A DNA stretch of 28,538 nt, from positions 1-28,538 of the IMG/VR virus record IMGVR_UViG_3300037419_000419, one strand, 5' to 3'. The notes under the pieces were generated by a model. It did no database searches. It was not told the origin of the DNA and saw nothing but the letters and a program-made list of their open reading frames with translations. Within the stretch, counting starts at the first letter, position 1. Every line of letters starts with the position of its first letter. Origin of the DNA: a virus. Taxonomy: Duplodnaviria; Caudoviricetes. This document shows positions 25,307 through 28,538 of the stretch, in pieces. Position numbers and translations under genes: made by a program.

Positions 25307-25687
25307 TTAAGGCCGAACTACGCAATCAAAATTCATACTGTATATTGGTCGATCATTTTCATCGTTTCCGATGTAGATTGGCACGCTATTCATTGCGCGA
25401 ATGATAACGATGGATTCATCTCCGACCGTAACCTCTCGCAAGTTCATCAGCGACTCATGTAACGTATACGCCCGTGACTCTACTTCCGCTATGTCGCTCG
25501 CACTTCCGCGAACAAGTACCTGAAAGGACGGCTGCTTTTTTCCCGTCCACTGACTCGGAGGAAATCCGCCTGTCAACTTAACGACGGCACATACGTCTGG
25601 CGCTTGCGTCGAAATTGGAAACGAGTTCGGGTAATAAACGCCAGGGACTCGCGTTTTAATGAACGATATTAATTCGAGTGCTTTCAC
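25307..25687 (-). CDS. Tail terminator / 'minor capsid' family protein
   Basis: PSFQVLVRG...IGNDENDRPIYSMNF motif; GTG start. Confidence 0.75.
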   Translation of the reverse strand: MKALELISFIKTRVPGVYYPNSFPISTQAPDVCAVVKLTGGFPPSQWTGKKQPSFQVLVRGSASDIAEVESRAYTLHESLMNLREVTVGDESIVIIRAMNSVPIYIGNDENDRPIYSMNFDCVVRP

Positions 25688-25689
25688 GT

Positions 25690-26121
25690 CTAATCACCTA
25701 CCACATCTTCAATTTCTTCGGCTATCCATCGCATGTACTTTTCCGCTTCACCTTTTAACGGTCGCTCGAGGTATTTGTTGCCGACCTCATATCCGTCCGT
25801 TCCTGGCGCTTGTGCCGACAATGGTCCGAGATTATAGTCGTCTTCATGTATCCATATTGCGTAGTTGAATCGCTGTCCGCTACTGTTATCCACGGCGCTA
25901 AACGATACTTCACCGACAATTTCTTGCGTACTTTGGCGCACAGTCGCGTGCCCTGAGCGTCTTAAGTCCGCTGAATCAATCGGAGCAATGTCGACCGCAA
26001 TTCGCTTCAAGTCATCTACGGAGTCCTGCACGCCATTTCTAGCCGCTAGCTTAACTCGAGCAGTCGCCTCCGCCATGTTCGCCACAACGCCTGAAAAGTC
26101 GAACTCCAGTCCGTCACTCAT
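25690..26121 (-). CDS. HK97 gp10-like neck/tail-completion protein
   Basis: APIDSADLRRS, YAIWIHE, KYLERPL motifs. Confidence 0.8.
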   Translation of the reverse strand: MSDGLEFDFSGVVANMAEATARVKLAARNGVQDSVDDLKRIAVDIAPIDSADLRRSGHATVRQSTQEIVGEVSFSAVDNSSGQRFNYAIWIHEDDYNLGPLSAQAPGTDGYEVGNKYLERPLKGEAEKYMRWIAEEIEDVVGD

Positions 26122-26450
26122 ACGATTACCTCCGTTAACATCGGCTTACCGCCAACACTGCGCTTTACGTTGATTTCCTTCGGAGTTTTCTCAAATGTTT
26201 GCCCGAGTTCGTTTGTAAAGACGATGGTGTCGGTTTCCCGAATGTCGGCGAGTTTGTCGAAGAGAATACGAGCTGTTGCCGTGACTATTTCGCTATTTGT
26301 GACGCCCACAGAACGGTATGATTGAAGCGACGTTCCTTCGTCAACTCTACATTTCAGCGTCAAAACTTCGCCAGGCGCCACGTTTCCCCACTCGTCTAAA
26401 CCTCCGCCCCGCTTGATAATTACGGTCTGTTTCATTGGCAATAGCGCCAT
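26118..26450 (-). CDS. Head closure (head-tail joining) protein
   Basis: DEWGN...LKCRVDE pattern; synteny. Confidence 0.7.
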   Translation of the reverse strand: MALLPMKQTVIIKRGGGLDEWGNVAPGEVLTLKCRVDEGTSLQSYRSVGVTNSEIVTATARILFDKLADIRETDTIVFTNELGQTFEKTPKEINVKRSVGGKPMLTEVIV

Positions 26451-26451
26451 C

Positions 26452-26841
26452 CTACAACACCGTCCATTTCACGCGTTTACCGCCTTGACCGCCGAGTGAG
26501 ACGCCGTTTTCCTTGCCGATTAAGTCGAGTGCCACCGTAGGAATTAACGACTCAAGCGAATCTTTTCCGCCGTCAAACATGTACGAAATGCCCGCGACTG
26601 AGAACTGCTTCACTCCGTTTTGCTTTTGTGCGTTGGTATCATTAAATGCCGTCGCTAAAACGGCCACATATTCATAAACCGCATTGTCCGGGATTGTGTA
26701 CGTTGGATAAACTCGACTTAGCGTAGCATTAGCCACGTTTAATAGTCGTTGTTTTCTCGCGTCGTCGCTATCCGTCCAATCTTCAATTAGGATCACGTTT
26801 GCTTCGATATAAACATCCGCACCAAATACGCTTATTGCCAA
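26452..26841 (-). CDS. Head-tail adaptor protein
   Basis: ADVYI...W...KQRLL...GVKQFSVAGISYMF pattern; synteny. Confidence 0.7.
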   Translation of the reverse strand: MAISVFGADVYIEANVILIEDWTDSDDARKQRLLNVANATLSRVYPTYTIPDNAVYEYVAVLATAFNDTNAQKQNGVKQFSVAGISYMFDGGKDSLESLIPTVALDLIGKENGVSLGGQGGKRVKWTVL

Positions 26842-26853
26842 TTAAATCGCCTC

Positions 26854-27063
26854 CTATTTACCGGAGGACTTTTTCGCTGGCGCTTTAGGCTTCGGCGCTT
26901 CCTCCGCTTTTGGTACCGCATCTACGCGAACAACGTCCGCTAGTTTTTCAAGCACTTCGATTTCCGCTTTGTCTTCTGTCTTGTATTCGCCGTTATAAAA
27001 CTTGCGAAGTTCATCGCAACAGTAGAATGCTAACTCTGGAAATCTTGACGTAAACTTTGCCAC
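26854..27063 (-). CDS. Small head-associated hypothetical protein
   Basis: GTG at 27063 after GAGGTG RBS (track start lies within the terminator); Lys/Pro/Ala-rich tail. Confidence 0.65.
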   Translation of the reverse strand: MAKFTSRFPELAFYCCDELRKFYNGEYKTEDKAEIEVLEKLADVVRVDAVPKAEEAPKPKAPAKKSSGK

Positions 27064-27079
27064 AAATATCACCTCAAAG

Positions 27080-27108
27080 AAAAAGCCCGCAACCAAACGG
27101 CCACGGGC
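27080..27108 (-). terminator. Intrinsic terminator after the major capsid gene
   Basis: Minus strand GCCCGTGGCC-GTTT-GGTTGCGGGC-TTTTT. Confidence 0.7.
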
Positions 27109-27123
27109 GAGATTGTATTACGA

Positions 27124-28209
27124 TTAAGCTAAATTCTTGATGCGAGCGTGAGCTTTTTCTTGCTTGAATTCAAGAGTATACTCACCAACAAGCGTACCAG
27201 TAACGTAGTCACCTTGGTCGCCCATGTACTTGTGGAAGAATTCACGGCCAACTAATGGACGTACAGCCATACGGTTAGTGTCGACAATTAATAATTCCTT
27301 AGCATCAAGGTTGTTGTTAAGGACGATTTCGAATTGACCGAAGTCAGAAACGAATTGGTCTACTACTTGACCACGGCTGTTTTCCGCTTGAGTGATGTAA
27401 AGCTTGTTGTTGTCAATCGCAGAGATGGCGCGCTTTTGTTTCGCAGGAACCATGATCTTGAAGTTTCCGCCGCTAGCAAATCCGCCTTTTTCGTAGATTG
27501 ATTGTAGTGAATCGTTTAATAGGGTCGCAGATACCGCGCCAGCTGCAGCGTCAGTTACGTTAGATTGGATGAATGAACGAACACCCGCCATTTGACGAAC
27601 GTTGCCACTTTCGTATGCAACACCGTTGATTAACGCTTTTTCTAACTGAAGCGCAAGTTCAAGCTGCTTCTTTTGCTTTTCGTATTCGTAAAGGTCGCTG
27701 ATTCCGTATTGAGTAACCGCTTGAGCAGTTCCGGAAAGTTGTACAGTGTCATCGAAGATTTGAGTCTTGTTAGACTTTTGAGCGCGTGCTTTGTAACGAG
27801 CTGCACGAGCGTCAGCACCTTCAACGCCTTCAGAGAACTGGAATTCAACTTTCGCTTGGTCAGCGATAGCTGCAGCCGTAGTTGAAGCATACCCACGTAC
27901 TACAGTAAGTGTGTTAGTAGCAACGGCAGTAACCTTTAATAATTCGTCAGCAATTTTGATAACGTCGTTTGCACGGAAGATTGATCCGTCAACAACAACA
28001 ACAGAAGTCGCGACGTTAGTTACAGCGCCGTTAACTTTTGTCTCATCGTTAATCATTTCATCTTCAAACCATTGATGGCTAGTTTGCGTTACTGCTTCTG
28101 CGAATCCTAAAAGGTTTAGTAACGGAGTTTGGTGTTGGTTTAATAAAAGAATTTCGTCTACTACTGATACTTGTTTGCCGATTAAATCGGAATTATAAAT
28201 TTTTGCCAT
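27124..28209 (-). CDS. Major capsid protein (DUF5309/SU10-type HK97 fold)
   Basis: TPLL, HQWFED, NKTQIF, LEKALING, SDFG, GEYTLE motifs; strongly biased codon usage. Confidence 0.9.
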   Translation of the reverse strand: MAKIYNSDLIGKQVSVVDEILLLNQHQTPLLNLLGFAEAVTQTSHQWFEDEMINDETKVNGAVTNVATSVVVVDGSIFRANDVIKIADELLKVTAVATNTLTVVRGYASTTAAAIADQAKVEFQFSEGVEGADARAARYKARAQKSNKTQIFDDTVQLSGTAQAVTQYGISDLYEYEKQKKQLELALQLEKALINGVAYESGNVRQMAGVRSFIQSNVTDAAAGAVSATLLNDSLQSIYEKGGFASGGNFKIMVPAKQKRAISAIDNNKLYITQAENSRGQVVDQFVSDFGQFEIVLNNNLDAKELLIVDTNRMAVRPLVGREFFHKYMGDQGDYVTGTLVGEYTLEFKQEKAHARIKNLA

Positions 28210-28249
28210 GATTTTGTTTCCTCCATTGTTTTAAAGTTTTTTTTGAATT

Positions 28250-28275
28250 AAAAAAGACGACCTTTTGGGCCGCCC
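28250..28275 (-). terminator. Terminator-like hairpin between scaffold and capsid genes
   Basis: Minus strand GGGCGGCC-CAAA-AGGTCGTC-TTTTT. Confidence 0.5.
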
Positions 28276-28278
28276 TGA

Positions 28279-28538
28279 TTACTTACCTAGTTGCGCTTTG
28301 AGCGCTGCGTATGCGATTTTGTCTTCGATTTTCTGACTGCGTTTGGCTTTCTCAGCCGCCTCTTTCAGCAACTGTTCGCCAGTTTTTTCCGATGTATCTT
28401 TCAGCGAATTGGTAGCTTCGCCGATTGGTCTTTGCGGCTTTTTGACTTCCGCCAAGAAGCTATAATTAGTAACAAGCGCATTCATCACGTCTTCCAAACC
28501 TTCTACGCCGTTTTCACCGATATTTACGGCCGATAAAT
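28279..28538 (-). CDS. Capsid scaffolding protein, C-terminal part (truncated by window edge)
   Basis: Frame open to the window end (LSAVNIGENGVEGLEDVMNALV...YSFL...PIG); directly upstream of the MCP. Confidence 0.7.
   Translation of the reverse strand, partial: LSAVNIGENGVEGLEDVMNALVTNYSFLAEVKKPQRPIGEATNSLKDTSEKTGEQLLKEAAEKAKRSQKIEDKIAYAALKAQLGK

Noticed and set aside
27840-28040. Beta-rich insertion in the major capsid protein
   Set aside because: Appears to be the usual insertion domain of this capsid family rather than a novelty.
223-28536. Numerous plus-strand and alternative-frame ORFs in the track (e.g. 223-597, 10952-11392, 22102-22638, 23191-23700, 24803-25288)
   Set aside because: They are shadows of well-supported minus-strand genes, with no RBS or recognisable motifs; only the integrase and the 12517 HTH are credible on the plus strand.
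1-28538. tRNA, rRNA, IS elements or introns
   Set aside because: No cloverleaf, rRNA-like sequence, transposase or interrupted conserved gene recognised by eye.

Overview
A 28.5-kb segment of a temperate siphovirus of a Bacillus-like (Bacillaceae) host; almost all genes are on the minus strand. From the right end: scaffold (partial), DUF5309/SU10-type major capsid, head-tail joining genes, major tail protein, two tail assembly chaperones joined by an A-AAA-AAC -1 frameshift site, tape measure, an enlarged LysM-containing Dit, Tal and small tail-tip genes, an XhlA/amidase/holin lysis cassette, and a BppU-SGNH esterase with two morons. Next comes an accessory module (RHH regulator, then a translationally coupled VirB2-like pilin, membrane-anchored M23 peptidase, VirD4/HerA-like ATPase and 87-aa protein, plus a divergent HTH). 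It is followed by a 48-bp attP-like palindrome, a large serine integrase (+ strand) and the early/replication region (HNH, HTH initiator with iteron-like repeats, DnaC-like loader, YopX, DnaB-like helicase). The most intriguing element is the relaxase-less, minimal type-IV-secretion-like operon beside attP, which carries sporulation-sigma-like promoter motifs and its own operator repeats. All protein calls come from motif recognition by eye; no database search was run.
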